A stretch of DNA of 64,000 bases. Source: Octopus vulgaris (Eukaryota). Each line of letters opens with the position of its first letter. The stretch's first letter is position 1. The stretch is taken from assembly GCA_951406725.2 (NCBI GenBank), contig OX597822.1, positions 26,970,001-27,034,000 on the forward strand, in the 5' to 3' direction. The position numbers and the translations under genes were made by a program. This document shows positions 26,120 through 40,519 of this stretch, one piece after another. The notes beneath the pieces are model-generated. The model saw nothing but the letters and a program-made list of their open reading frames with translations. It was not told where the DNA came from and did no database searches.

Positions 26120-26638
26120 GACGGATTTGAATTGAGAAAGTAAAGGGAAATAACTAAATACCACATGATGCTTTCTCCGACGTTCGGCCAATCTATTAGC
26201 TTGTATGGACCAAACAAAAAAACGACAAAAAAGAAAGAAAAAAGAGAGAAATAGAAAAAATTAGTAAACAACTTTTAGCGTCTCTTTATAAACATAATTT
26301 TCAACGAAATCTAATTGTTAGCATTCAAACATGCCGTTCTTAGCCAAGAAAGCTCTGATGTCATTCTTTTGAAATTTGGACAAAGCATTGTGCAAATCTC
26401 TTTGGAAAAGATGTTCGTATTAAGTTTATTTTTCTGTGCCTATTTCGAGAGTATTTGTGCTCATCGCTTGTTTGCTATCGTAGAAAAAAACAAAATGGCT
26501 TCATCGATAGCTGTTCATGTCGATAGGGATTTTAGAGTACACATACACGCAAATACACATATCCAAGCAAGCGCACACACACACACACATATAGTATGTA
26601 TGTACATACACTCATCTGTCTGTCTGTCTCTCTGTCAA

Positions 26639-26728
<90 letters not shown>

Positions 26729-27361
26729 CGCACGCATGCACTCACACGTGAGGCGGAAAATTAACAGAATTGTTAGAACATCAGACAGAATTATTCACAT
26801 TTGTCCTGGCTCTCAACACTCTTCGAACACCACCGAGGTTAATTTTTGTCTTTAACCTTTTCGACGTCGAAAAAAATGTACCAATCCATGGTGGTGCATT
26901 TGCAGAACTACAAGAATGCCGTACCGGATGCCTTACAATATTTGTTCTGGCTCTTCACGTTCTGAGCTTAAATCATACCATGGCCTACTTGGGTTGTAGA
27001 TTTAGCACTTCATCCGTTGTACCGCTTTTACTTAGGGCCTTGTCTGCCTTTAGCGAAGCTCATTATGTTGCAAGAATACCTCCCGGTTTTAGAAAACCTT
27101 TTTTCATCCTACTCGTCTCAGAGAACCTAGTATCATGTGCACTGCCTTCTCTCCTGACTTAAATGTTTATCTCTTAGATTTCCTACAGAATTCAGAACTA
27201 GCACTGCAAGTTACGACGATTCCTAAACGAGTACTAAACTACGTAAACAATGAGATCGAAGAGAGAAAAAATTGGTAATGAGTATATATGCACATTTCAC
27301 GAGTTATTGTCCTTTCATCAGTACTTCATCTAACCCATTAACTATCCATAGGTACACTGCT

Positions 27362-27814
27362 CGGATCTTTTCGGTTTGAACGGCAGTTTTTAACATAATT
27401 TCAAGGTAACTAAAAAATTTTAAACTTCGTATACTGGTAGAATGTGTTTATAAACATCTTTTTCTCTTGGCTTTATTGAGAAAATTCTATAGTTTGTAAG
27501 ATATTTGTTGTTTTTTTTCTTCAATTTCTGCAATTTCAACCAATCAGTGACGTCTATTGAGTTAAAAAGCATTCTGTGCCGTATGAATATATCCCTCGTT
27601 TAAGAAACAGATTGGGTTTATTTACATTTGTGAAAAAAAAAAGATACTCTCCCCCCACGCCTAACCCTAACCCTAATTAACCCTAACTAATCCTAACTAA
27701 CCCTAACCCTAAAAGAGATTGAAATGCAATAGATCGATTCTAGGGTCATAATTATGGTTGACAATTTCATATGACACCGCTAGAAAGAACTGCCGTTCAA
27801 ACTGAAAAGATCCG
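27362..27814. mobile_element. Mutator-like (Rehavkus-type) MITE with internal (TAACCC)n
   Basis: TIRs cggatcttttcggtttgaacggcagtt / aactgccgttcaaactgaaaagatccg. 9-bp TSD TACACTGCT/TACACTTCT. Telomere-like repeats at ~27660-27710. Confidence 0.7.
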
Positions 27815-28491
27815 TACACTTCTCTAATACCCACTAGGGTTTAGCGGTGTAATACAATTGGATAGACCCATTTGCATACTAAGCACATTCCTAGCAACAG
27901 GTACTCTTTTACTCTTTTACTTGTTTCAGTCATTTGATTGCGCCCATGCTGGAACACCGCCTTTTAGTCGAGCAAATCGACCCCAGGATTTATTCTTTGT
28001 AAGTTTCTAAAACTCTGTTTCTATTTTTTTGTTTGTTTTACGTCGTAGTCTATCGGTTACATGCTGTTAGTTTTTAGCTGTAAGACCCGCGTTTCCAGTC
28101 GTTTTGTTTGAACTCTAGCGCTTTCGAGATGAGCGATACCAACTTTTTCCAAGTACCAAAATCATAATGATTCTGGATAAAAAGTTGACTGTTGAAATAA
28201 GGGCCCTTCCTTTCACGTTTTAGTCATTTTTATTAATTATCACACACGCCCTTCACCCTTATTTTGATTTCAGAAAAAATTCTCAGTGGTAGTAATGGTG
28301 GTGATGGTAAAAGTAGTAGTAGTAGTAGCAGTAATAGTAGAAGTGATAATTAAAATGCTATTAGTAGTGATGGGGAGGGGTAATAGTAGTAGTACTCATG
28401 GTGGCAGTGAGGGTAGTGGTAGTAGTAGTAGTTGCAGTAGTCTCAGCAACAGTAGTGGTAGCAGCCTTCGATCCACGGACATGAGACAGAC

Positions 28492-28596
28492 AACAGCAGC
28501 GAGATTGGATCACCGCCAGGCCTCCATATATTTGACGTAAACAGCAGCGAGATTGGATCACCGCCAGGCCTCCATATATTTGACGTAAACAGCAGC
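28492..28596. repeat. 48-bp tandem duplication
   Basis: aacagcagcgagattggatcaccgccaggcctccatatatttgacgta occurs twice. Confidence 0.9.
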
Positions 28597-28750
28597 AGAC
28601 TAAGCTAAGCAGCAAAAAAATATACCACCACCACCACTACCACCCACCACTACTACCACCACCACCACCACTACCACCACACCACCACCACCATCACTAC
28701 TACTACTACTACTACTACTATTACTACTACTACTACTACTACTACTGCTG

Positions 28751-28812
<62 letters not shown>

Positions 28813-29075
28813 GATGATGATGATGATGATGTTGGTGATGATGATGGTAATACTAGCATTACAGGAACACTGGCAGTTTTTTCTTTGTACTACATTAGCT
28901 GACTCCACGATTGGAAAACAAAATTTCACAAGAAACGCTAGGAAACGGTTATTAACAAGTGAAACTATTTGCTGTTACCATTGGAGACGAGCGATAGCTG
29001 GATTTAACTGGAGAGACGGGGGAAATTGTATTAACTTCTCAGCGTAAAATGGAAATAGAGAAACGCGGAATAGAG

Positions 29076-29122
<47 letters not shown>

Positions 29123-29320
29123 GGAGGAGAGAAAAGAAGAAGGAGAAAGCAAAAGGTGGATAGCGGAGGAGAGAGAGAGGCAGAGAGTAAAGAGATTGAG
29201 AAAACGGGGAGAAAGAAGTATGCACATGCTTGTATACACACGTTTATTACTATCTGTCTATCTGTATGTATGTGTTGATGTGTACGAAAATATGTGTGTA
29301 TGTGTGTGCGTGTGTGTATT

Positions 29321-29354
<34 letters not shown>

Positions 29355-31879
29355 TATATAATAGAGAAGTATTCATATATACATATGTACGTCTATATGT
29401 ATATAAATATATTCATGCATACATATAAGCACACACATATGCATACACACACAAGGCTTTCTTTTATTCTTTTACTGTTCTACTCATCGGATTGCGGCCG
29501 TGTTAGGGCATCGCCATGAAAATTTTTAGTCGGAAAAATCGCCCCCGCTGCAATTTATATATATATGTGTGTAGGCAGGCAGGCAGAGAGAGAGAGAGGG
29601 AGAGCGAGAGAGAGAGAGAGAGAGAGGGAGAGAGGGAGGGAGAAGATAAGAGAAAGGAGGAGAGGGAGATAATTAAGAAACAATGAAATGTTAAAATTTG
29701 AGAAAGAATAATACAAGATTTAGTGGTTTGTTCCTTTCCCCAGCCATTAACCTCGCTTGTTGCTTTTGTTGATTAAGAAGAAATGCTTTAAGACAAAACA
29801 GAAAAAAAAAATCACTCCCACATTCTCTGCTCTCTATTCATGTTTATCATTAGATGATATACACAGTTAGAGTGGACAGCCATTAAATCATAATATTTTC
29901 GGAATCTAAATAACAACATTTATTATATAAACGTTGCTTTTATCCTCTGCGACTGTTTGTGTCAAATATGCGCTTGCTGGCTTTAGATAAAGTCTGTGAA
30001 CACTCCTACGCATGCAAATTGTCAAAACAATATTTTTCCTAGTAGAGGTATCTCCACTGCCTTAGTAAGACAGGAAATTTGTCGGTCGTATAAGACACAC
30101 TCTTCGTTCTTGTAGGTTCTGGTCACGTTATATCCGAGTTCTTCTTTGGCCGAATATAAGATGATTTCACTTAAACCACCTGTCTCTTCAACACACGTTA
30201 ATGTAAGAAGTAGAAGTAGTCAAAGAAACATCTAGATTCATGGAAATTTTACCGTAACTAAACATATAAATATATATTTAAAATTTTTTGGTCAGAAGAG
30301 ACTGTTGAGTCCATAACTTGTTATAAGGCCAATTAGACTTGTAGAAAGGTAGCCTGGGCGAAATGCTTGCAACATAGTAGACTCCGCAAAAGGCACCGAA
30401 GGTGCCGTGCAATGGTGTTAAACAAGGTATCAGGCTAAGTCTACCATCCAAAAGTTAAATCTACCGTATATATTGCTAGGAATACTGATTGTCAAACGGT
30501 GAAGAGACAAACACAAAAACACCCCCACCATACATATATACACAATGGGCTTCCATAAAATTTACGTCTATCAAATTCTGTCAAAGGCTTTGGCTGACTT
30601 GAGGGCATAGTAGAAGTTCAACGCGGAATTTCGTAATTGCGAAGCGAATTTCTTAAACTATTCTGTCTTGTCCACGAAGATAGAATTGTCCTCAGGGTTT
30701 TAAATTTTAGCTGATAATGTTAGATTAATGCATAAATAATGTAGGCAAAAGAACCTTAATTTCGAGGAGGAATTAGTTGATTATATCGATCCTGTATTCT
30801 GTCGTTCGACTCCGAAAAGTTGAGAGGCTAAATTGATCACGGTAGGCTTTGAACCAAGGATGTAAAGAACTGGAAAAATGTACTGCATGCCATTTTCTCG
30901 GATGTTCAAACGATCCTGTCAATCTGCCAAGAAGCATCTTAAAGTTCATAATTATTATAGCGCATAATCAGGAAGATAGTTGTTTTGTTTTTTGATTTCT
31001 GAGTAAATGAATAAATAATTATTAAGCAATTAATCTCAAGGTTAACGTTCCTATGTTATGATTAATAAACAATTAAGCAATTAAATCGAGAGTAATGTCC
31101 TTAAGTTAATAGCTATTAAACAGTTTAATAACAAAAAAATACAGTTCTTGATTCGATGGAAAAATACAGGAATATTCTGAAGTTCATAAGCGAGGACAGA
31201 ATTACGATTTTGACGAAATTTTTAATTTAATGAACACCAAGAACGCTAAAGTGGACCAAACTGATGGCTAAGTGGGGAATGATTGGTTTCAAATTTTGGC
31301 ACAAAGCCAGAAAGTTCGGGAGAGTAGGCAAGTCGATTAAATCGCCCCCAGTGTTTAACTGGCACTAATTTTATCGATCCCGAAAGGATGAAAGGTATAG
31401 TCGACCTTGGCGGAATTTAAACTCAGAACGTGAAGGCGAACAAAAAAATGCCTCTATGAAGCATTTTGCCCGACTTTCTAACGATTCTACCCACTCACCG
31501 CCTAAGTGAGTTAGAAACATTGAGAGGGAAGTGTGTGTTTGTGACAGAAAGTCTGGCTGGTTTGTCCAAAGAACTATAATTAGAGATTTAAAGGCAGCCG
31601 TCTGCAACATAGTCAAGAATTTGTGAACTGCAGAGCTTGTAAGAGATATCAAATGATTGTCTGAAATGAATGCATAATGGCACACAATTGAACAATGGAG
31701 GTCTTAGTAGGACATTATAAGTCTTGTTGTTTAATAGACATCAAATTAAAGGGGTAATAATGGTGTTGTTAAAATCTTCTGGTGATCACGAGCGGAACAA
31801 GAGCAGGTAAATTTCGTGCTTGCCTTAAATCGTCATTTGTTTGGATCAAAGTTATAATATTGAAACTATATACAAATTC

Positions 31880-32152
31880 AGCGGACTCGCGGTCGTAGGA
31901 TCGCGGTTTCGATTCCCAGACCAGGAGTTGTGAGTATTTATTGAGCGAAAACACCTAAAGCTCCACGAGGCTTCGGCAGGGAGGGTGGCGATCCCTGCTG
32001 TACTCTTTCACCACAACTTTCTCTCACTCTTTCTTCTGTTGGCCTGCTCGCTTAGCCTGCAGGGTCGCGTCATTTGAAGGTTAAAATAGTGCGAAGCGCA
32101 TTGTGACCAGCGATGTGTAGCAACATCTGATGGCCTGGTCGGTCACGGTGTT
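31880..32152 (+). mobile_element. tRNA-derived SINE, third family (head shared with 51435-51807 and 62935-63110)
   Basis: gcggactcgcggtcgtaggatcgcggtttcgattcccagacc head. Tail gcgcattgtgaccagcgatgtgtagcaacatctg is also present at 54763-54885 (-). Confidence 0.8.
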
Positions 32153-32299
32153 ATACAAATTGGGAGTCATCTTTTTGTGATGAACTGTTAAGTTATTTTG
32201 CCAGGTATTGTAACAAGTTGTAGAAGTTTCCTTCCGACAGCACCGGCACCACGGACCCATCTCATATAAGCGCAGTGGATAAAACAGTAGTTGAATTGA

Positions 32300-32730
32300 T
32301 AACGGTGCGTCTCAACTTGCAACAATACTAACACATAAGTGGCTGTGTGAAAAATGTTTAGGTAACAGCATCAACTGGCAGCTGTTGCAGATACATTCAG
32401 TAAAGGATTATACATACAAGTCTATAGATATTGGTGTAAGATCAAGACGAAATAGTTCCCTGTTGCGTAGAATGTTTATGCAATGAAATATGACAAATGG
32501 TCATCAAAACTTCTAATTTCACTGGGTGCAACAGAATAAACGGTACAATTATACTTAGATTCTGCTCTTACCAACAGATGTGCCTTTTCAAACTAAAAGA
32601 CTTCAGTTTCCAGAACCTTTAAGCTTTGTCATGTAAATCAGTCAATTCCCAGAGTACATATAAGCAGTTGTTGGACTGATTCTTGAGGAATCATGTTCTG
32701 TTAATGTATGATGTTCAAGAATCGAAACAC
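32300..32730 (+). pseudogene. Helitron Rep/Hel PIF1-helicase relic
   Basis: HKWLCE, YTYKSID and PTDVPFQTKRLQFP.PLSFVM..VVGLILEESC, matching the Helitron F.FKRLQFP.RL.FAM.INK motif, with stops. Confidence 0.7.
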
Positions 32731-32986
32731 TTATATTTTTATTTATGTGCAGCTGGTAAAATATTATATATCCTGAAGTGCCGACAATGTTTTGAATTGT
32801 CGAGGCTACGATGGTTACAGGTCTAGTATTATATAAACTAAGAGGACCCATAATATCTTTTCATCATCATCATCATTTAACGTTCCTATTCCCATGCTAG
32901 TGATGGATGGACGGTCCGATATGAAGTGACGAACCAGAAGGCTTTGACACGGTTTCTGCAGCTGCTTACCTTTCTCAGCTCCAACC

Positions 32987-33059
<73 letters not shown>

Positions 33060-33270
33060 CACAGCCTAAGCAGGATGTGAATTCAAGGTAGTCTTGAGTC
33101 TAAACAACAACAATAGCAACAACAACTGTGAAAACAGTATCGATGTCGATGTACAAAATTATAACGGCAATTAGAATCGATATATTTCGTTCGAAATCTT
33201 CTAAAAGCAACATCAGTTGAAAGTCCAGTGTGGCAGTCAATCTTACCAATACTAGTTGTTGTTGTGTTGA

Positions 33271-33319
<49 letters not shown>

Positions 33320-33334
33320 GTTATTATTATTATT

Positions 33335-33867
33335 GAGTGAGAGAGCAGTGCATGCCATCAAACTGACACTGGGATAAAATATACGAAGCTCAGTATACCG
33401 ATCATGACTACCCGTCTGATAAGGGGACACTAGGCACATGTATCACAACCATATGTGCGCGACATGGTGATCTCATCTCAAGATAAACAGCACATGACCT
33501 TGCAGGTGGGGCCCAGTTAAAATTTTCTTCTGGTCGAGTAACCCATCCCGCTCAAAAGGTCCCTGAATAAGGGTTGTTTAAAGATGTTGAACGAAACACC
33601 CATGTTTGCAAGGGTGAATTATCCAAATCCTAAAGAATTCCTCTCAAGACATGGCTATGATACTCCCCAACTACTTCTGCTCGTGATCAGAGATGCACAT
33701 ATCGTCAGCCACTAAGGGACATGGTCAACTGGTTAAGGTCAAACAACTGACAAGCAAATCTGCGGTATTGCGAAGAATTTTTGCTGTAGCCCATCTTTTT
33801 TATACCAAGACAAAACAATGTACATGATAACGGTTCCAATCAGTTAAGATCAGAAGCCTTGAGAGCC
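33335..33867. mobile_element. ~530-bp non-coding element inserted in an (ATT)n tract
   Basis: Complex sequence flanked on both sides by (ATT)n. No ORF and no TIR. Confidence 0.55.
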
Positions 33868-35949
33868 TATTATTATTATTATTGTTATTATTATTATTAT
33901 TATTATTATTTGTTTGCTGCCAGAGGTGAAGAACCTGTGTTTGCGCTTTTTGTTTGTTCGTTCGACGTGGAATGATCGCAATAACAAGTTAATTTTGTTG
34001 ATTAGCCCCCAAGTGGGCCTTACTAGAGCAGACGTTTGATCAAAAGCCATTTATCCATTACCAAACCGCCGGCTTCTTCCGGAGTAAATTAATTCCATCA
34101 AAATTTATCCAGTGTGGTGTTTCGCTAACCGGTGAATATTTAGTTCGAGTGTGACGGTTGTTGTTTCTAGTAGGTCGCGTATCCACCTAGAAGCTAACTT
34201 ATACTGAAGTTGATGTTTCGCTAGACTGATATAAGGAGCTTGCAAAATAGATATGGTAAATTTTATCAAATGCTTATGATGATGATGATGACGATGACGA
34301 AAACAATGGTGTATGAGAACAATGATGAAGTCGATCGTAATGATGATGTGGATGCTGAAGTAGAATAACCAAACGGTTAGAACAAATCAAACAACAACAA
34401 CAACAGCAGCAGCAGCAACAACAAAGTAACAAAAAGAAACAATGAACAAACTAATGTTAATCATTGTAAAAAGTACCAAAAATATACTCACAGAAGTTTC
34501 TGGAATGAATTAAGTCTCAAAGAGTAAACGTGAAAGCATCAACAACGAACTTTGGTTACAACAATAAAACAAAATAACCAATCTTTAAATCCTTTCGTAA
34601 ATGATTGAATCAAAACGTAATAGCAATGAAAAACCAAGATAACGAGGACACGTGAAGTGCAGCGAAGAAGAGAGCAAAGTAAGCTCTAACAGAAGAGATG
34701 GTAATGAGGGTAGAATATTGTCTGATCTTGTTGATAAGAGAGACAGACAATGGAGCACGTAAATGCAAAAATAAATAACAATGTCACTTTGGCTGTTACG
34801 TAGTAGATTACACAGAAATTTGAAGATTGACGAGTTTGTATTAAAGTCATCTAACAAAACTATAATTCTGTGTTTTGTTTCGTTTCGTTTTATCATTTTT
34901 TTTTCGTTAAATTTCTTTCTTTCAATTTGATGGTTGTTTTGAAGTAGTGAGCTATTTTCCAATGACGAGATAGAAATGAGAAGGTTGGATTAATTAAGTG
35001 ATGTCTGTCCTGCAAATTTAGATATTTTTTTTACCGACAGTGTAAACTAAGTTAATAAGCTGAGGCTGTAATGTTTCATTCCGCGTGTTGTTTGGCTTTC
35101 TCCATGTTACTTTTGCGTTTAACTGTGTAGTGAGAGAAATAGTCACTCCATGGATAGACGCAAGTCATTGCAAGTAACTTTCCCAAACACTGTTTATAGT
35201 TAGTTATTCTGATCATAGAAATAACGAAATACCTGCAGCAGATATAAACTTAGTAATCAGGAGATAGTAATCCGATAATTTTACTGGTTGACCGCTCTTT
35301 AAAATGACTGATTTTTGATACACGAGTTTCATATTTCTCCAAACAAAAATATGACAATAAAAATAAAATAAATATTGTAGAGTATTAATGGAGTTCGTAC
35401 AATTAATACAAGTTAAAATTACTGAAAATAATATATTAACTAATTGCTGGCATTATTTAACCCCAGGTCAGCCAGGTAATCTCGGATTTAGAAGTCCTAT
35501 GATAAAAAAACATTCTAACCATAATCACTATCGTTCCAATGTGTCTTTTGTTTTTAAAGATGATATGGAATGATTTAAGCGAATTTCGATGCTATTTCTA
35601 GTTTGTCAAGAGCCCACGTAGAGGCCCACGCACGCATATATATATATATATATATATATTCATGAGTTTAGAGGGATATATTATCCAGGCGGATACGGTG
35701 GTAGCTCTCAGTTATGTTCCAGATTACGGCTAACGGCATCGATTCGTATTAAATGTCTATGACTAGTAGCAGTTGAAAGACCCTAAAAGAAGCTGCATAG
35801 AAAATTATGCCCGGTTGCATATGCAACTGCTCATACTCTGTGTAGTGAAAACACGTGTAGGTCGTCGTCACCATAAAAATATGCCGTATAATGGTGTAAA
35901 ATAAAAGGAAATATATTTTGAGGAAGTACCAGTTTCCATGTTCTCTATC

Positions 35950-36270
35950 ACTTATATATGACTATGGGAGTGTACCTAGAAAGTTACCCTCACAGGCACA
36001 AGTCCGGGCAAGGTTGTTTATGGAAGACCAGCAGTCGCCCATGCATACCAACCTCTCCTCTCCACACCATCGATGTTATCCAAGGGAAAGGCAAAGGCCG
36101 ATACAGCATGGCACCAGTGACGTCATAATTCAATTTCTAAGGCTGAGTGAACTGGAGCAACATGAAATTATGTGTCTTCCGCAAGAACACAAAACACAGT
36201 CCGGTCCGAGAATGGAACTCACTACCTTATGATTGTGGGCCCGACGCTCTAACTACTGATCCATGCGCCT
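35950..36270 (-). mobile_element. Degenerate V-domain-like tRNA SINE
   Basis: tRNA-like head at ~36200-36270 and gttgctccagttcactcagc body. Confidence 0.6.
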
Positions 36271-36546
36271 TCATACACAGACACACACACATACACACGC
36301 ATATATCAATGTGTATATATGTGTGCATGTATACACTGTAAACTCATACGTGCATATACAAACGTACAGATGGGCAAAAACGGAAACTTGCTTAGATCTA
36401 TCGCTGATATCTACTGACAGGCATCCAGAGTGTATCAGTATATACTCCCTAACATGAACCAACACGAAAATCAGCGGAAGCATTTAGTCACACTTATGTA
36501 GATCTCTTCATATTCGACTATTGAGATGTACACACACACACACACA

Positions 36547-36720
36547 CTGGATGTCCATAAATTACCATTACAATTTGAAAAATACAGATAATTCAAGGAT
36601 AATTCAACAGAGCTTATTAGAAAACGAAGGCAGACAAAATTTTATTGAAAACATCAGAACACTTTTGCGTATTTGCACGCAGCCTTTCAAACTGTAAAAG
36701 TAATTTATGGACACCCTCAG
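36547..36720. mobile_element. Tc1/mariner-type MITE
   Basis: Imperfect TIRs ctggatgtccataaattac..caatttgaaa / tttcaaactg..gtaatttatggacaccctcag, followed by TA. Confidence 0.65.
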
Positions 36721-36759
36721 TATGTGTGTGCGTGTGTATGTGTGGTGTGTGTGTGTGAG

Positions 36760-36837
36760 TGTAAATAAATAAATAAATAAATATATATATCTTTATGTAT
36801 ATTCTTTTATTCTTTTACTCGTTTCAGTGGAGCACTG

Positions 36838-36890
<53 letters not shown>

Positions 36891-36964
36891 CAGTGCTCCA
36901 CTGAAACGAGTAAAAGAATAAAAGAATATACATAAAGATATATATATTTATTTATTTATTTACA
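36760..36964. repeat. Near-perfect inverted duplication centred on a (TA)n tract
   Basis: ~80-bp arms carry the same internally deleted SINE tail (cagt^ggagcac). Confidence 0.85.
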
Positions 36965-36968
36965 TATA

Positions 36969-37024
<56 letters not shown>

Positions 37025-37040
37025 TATATATATATATATT

Positions 37041-37800
37041 CGAGAGGGTATCAAAACGTTCCCAGACTAGTTATATGTAATAAAAAGAAATAACTTATCA
37101 TCTAAGTTTAACGTCATCACCTTCGAAATAGTCACTTTGCGCAGCAATACACCGGTCACGTTTGGAATCCGGCCTGAAAGTCGTTTTCCGTAAGCGAGTC
37201 AAGGACCTTCTGCGATTCGCTCCTGATCTCGACAGCTAAATCTGGCGAATAGAGAGGGTGCGGAAGCGATACTATGTTGTTTTTGGCGAAAAACTCACAA
37301 GTGAAGAGTGCTCGGTGACAGAGGACATTATCGCCGTGAAGAATCTAATTCTTCGCGCTTCACAGATCCGATCGTTTCCCCCGAATATCCTCTCTCAAAT
37401 GTTTCAAAAGATTGACGGTCTGGCCCTGGAGAACGAATTCTCGATGTACAATACTACGTATGTCGAATAAAAAAACCGTATGTCGAAAAAGAAAAAAAGA
37501 AGAGCGTTCTCTTGATTGAGCTGCGGCTCAGTCGTGCCCTTTGAAGCGTTCGTACCACTCCAAACATTGCGTACGACCCATTGCTTCGCCGCTTTAAGTT
37601 TGCCAAAGCATGCTCAACATCTCAGTAGCAGATTTCTAAGTTTAACGCAAAATTTCACGTTGGCTCTTTGTTCCAACTTTCTATCTATGACAAATATCGC
37701 AGACTACAGTACGCTGCCTCCCGAAGTTCACCATTAGCTCTCACTGCACACGCTGCCATCTGTTGGCGCGTCACAGAACTCGTCCGGGAACATTTTGATA

Positions 37801-37808
<8 letters not shown>
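37041..37808 (-). mobile_element. Internally deleted mariner element
   Basis: TIRs cgagagggtatcaaaacgttcccagac / gtccgggaacattttgatacattctc. Remnants KLEQRANVKFCVKL..EWYERFK (N-terminus) and DRCIAAQSDYFEGD (C-terminus). Confidence 0.85.
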
Positions 37809-37831
<23 letters not shown>

Positions 37832-37895
37832 ACGCTCTGTATGTATGTATGTATGTATGTATGTATGTATGTATGTATGTATGTATGTATGTATG

Positions 37896-37947
<52 letters not shown>

Positions 37948-38172
37948 CACACACAGAGGCGGATGCTGAAATGTTCCTGGCATTGGGTTAAAGGAAATAC
38001 AAGAGAACAAGTTAATTATGTTTTTATTCAACATATCCCCCTCTCAGATTCACACACTTATTGCAGCGGCACTTCACCCTTTCTAAGTCCTGCAAAAGAA
38101 TTCGGAATGTTGTGTCTCCAACCAAGGTCTTTACGATACCTTTAAAGCCCAGGAACTTTCCAGCTACCCTTC

Positions 38173-38226
<54 letters not shown>

Positions 38227-38279
38227 TTATGTATATATATATATGTGTATGTGTGTATGTATATATATATATGTGTATG

Positions 38280-38311
<32 letters not shown>

Positions 38312-38315
38312 TGTA

Positions 38316-38346
<31 letters not shown>

Positions 38347-38469
38347 ATGTATGTATGTATGTATGTGTGTATGTATGTATGTATGTATGTATGTATGTAT
38401 GTATGTATGAAGTGTGTGTTTATATATATATGTAGTGTTTGTGTGTATATACATATATATGTATGTAGT

Positions 38470-38502
<33 letters not shown>

Positions 38503-40469
38503 CGTAGATAGATAGATAGAGATAGATAGATACATAAATACATACATACATACATACATACATACATACATACATACATACATACATACCTACATACATA
38601 CATACATACATACATACGAAAGGCAATATGGGATTAAAGCAAAATCATAATTCTGTTTTAGTATCCTGAATCTATAGTGAGTTAAGAAACTGTGTGAGTA
38701 TGGAAACAAATGTTGGCTTATTATACCTTCGGTGATGCAGCTGGCGATTTGTCACGAATGGGTTTCATCCTAGGAGGGGAATAACGAAGAAAACGGCGCT
38801 GATGAATTGACAATGCAATTTTAACGGTTAAAAGTAACTATAATATTTACTCAACTAAGATACAGTTTTCCAATAATTGTATAAACTGATGAGAAAAGAA
38901 ACTTGTGTTAGGAGAAAGAAATCGGGCCAGTAATTGTCTTTAAAAAGCCTGGAGGCCTCGACTATGCGGACAAAAGGTGAAGAACCTTTCTATGATAGAA
39001 AGCTGCATTGAAATTTAACTTCTTGTCTGACAAGGCCATACACTCTCTTTCTCTCTCTCTGTCTATCTCTCCCTTTTTCTCTCCCACACACACACGCACG
39101 CACGCACGCACACACATGTACACACGCACAAACACATTCACGCACACACACAATGCTAATTGTATTATTTTATGAAATATAATTATTGGCAATAATTCTT
39201 ACAAAATCTAAAACAGGTGGAGTTTCGGAATAAGCAATGCACCGTAACGTTTGTTTACCGAAAGTTTCTACAGATTTCTATGTAATAAACACGATTGTAA
39301 TTACTCTACAGACGCAATTACAATTGCAGGTAAAGAAATATAAGTAACCGTTTCTAAAATTAGCAATTTGCTGTAAAGTTTAGCTGTAAATAAAATTAAA
39401 TCAACAAAAATATATTCAAATATAATGACTTATGCTTCAAACTTTGTATTTCGTTTCAAAAACAGTCTTCCCGATTCTGTTGTAGACTGAGTGTAACATG
39501 TAGGCAATTATTGCCATTCATTTTCCTTTGATGAAGAAGGCAAAAGGGCCATGTAAAGAAGTGAGCGACTCGTAAACGAGGATCATAAATGCAATTCGTC
39601 CGTAGGCTTTTCACTCAAAACTCAGTATATTCTACATATCGCTACAAGTAGCGACAACAGCTTAAAACTGATGAGCATCTTCTTGGCTTTCTGTACTAAG
39701 TTAATTGCTGCACACAAGGAAAAGATAACCAGATATACTACCGTTTTGTTTATGAAGATATATGTCACGATTCCATTTAATGCTAAGGAAGCCGAAGATA
39801 ATCACCGGCCAAATAGAACAAGTATGTATGAAAAAAAGAGCAATAAATGACCATCAATGATTTCTAGCATCAGTACAAGACCTCGAATTTTCAGAGATGT
39901 AGCATTGTCGATTTGACCAACGACAAATATCTACTGGCGCGTTTAATCGATATCTATGAGTTTGATAGAATATTTTTTCGTTACAAAGCTGGTCAGAAAC
40001 TATAAGTAGTTTGACAAGCCTTGGGGTGAAGTAAAACATTTTATCGTACACCTGGCTAACGATTAAACGTACAGACACTTAGATTACTTTCGTTGAGTTC
40101 TTTATTCTAAACAGTCTGATCCATTTTCCTATGAACTTGTCTTCCTCAAGAATAATATCTGACGTTACTTCATTTTATTAAGTCCCGGATATTCGAAAAA
40201 CAAAGTTGACTTCTGCTGGATTCGAAACCCAGAACATGGAAAACAATAAATTAATGTTACAATATATTTCGATCGTCAATCTAACGATTCTACGAATCTA
40301 TCGTCCTAAATTTTGAAAGATAGTCTATTCTTGATAAAATATTTTTCTTGCATAGGTAATGAATTAGAGGAATCGTTAGAACATCGGACAAAATGTCTCA
40401 TAGCTGTTTGTGAATGTGTGTGAATGTGAGTGTGCGTGTGCATGTACATAAACACACACACACATACAT

Positions 40470-40519
<50 letters not shown>

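Noticed and set aside
27660-27710. Telomere or chromosome-fusion site
   Set aside because: It is short, degenerate and lies inside a TIR element.
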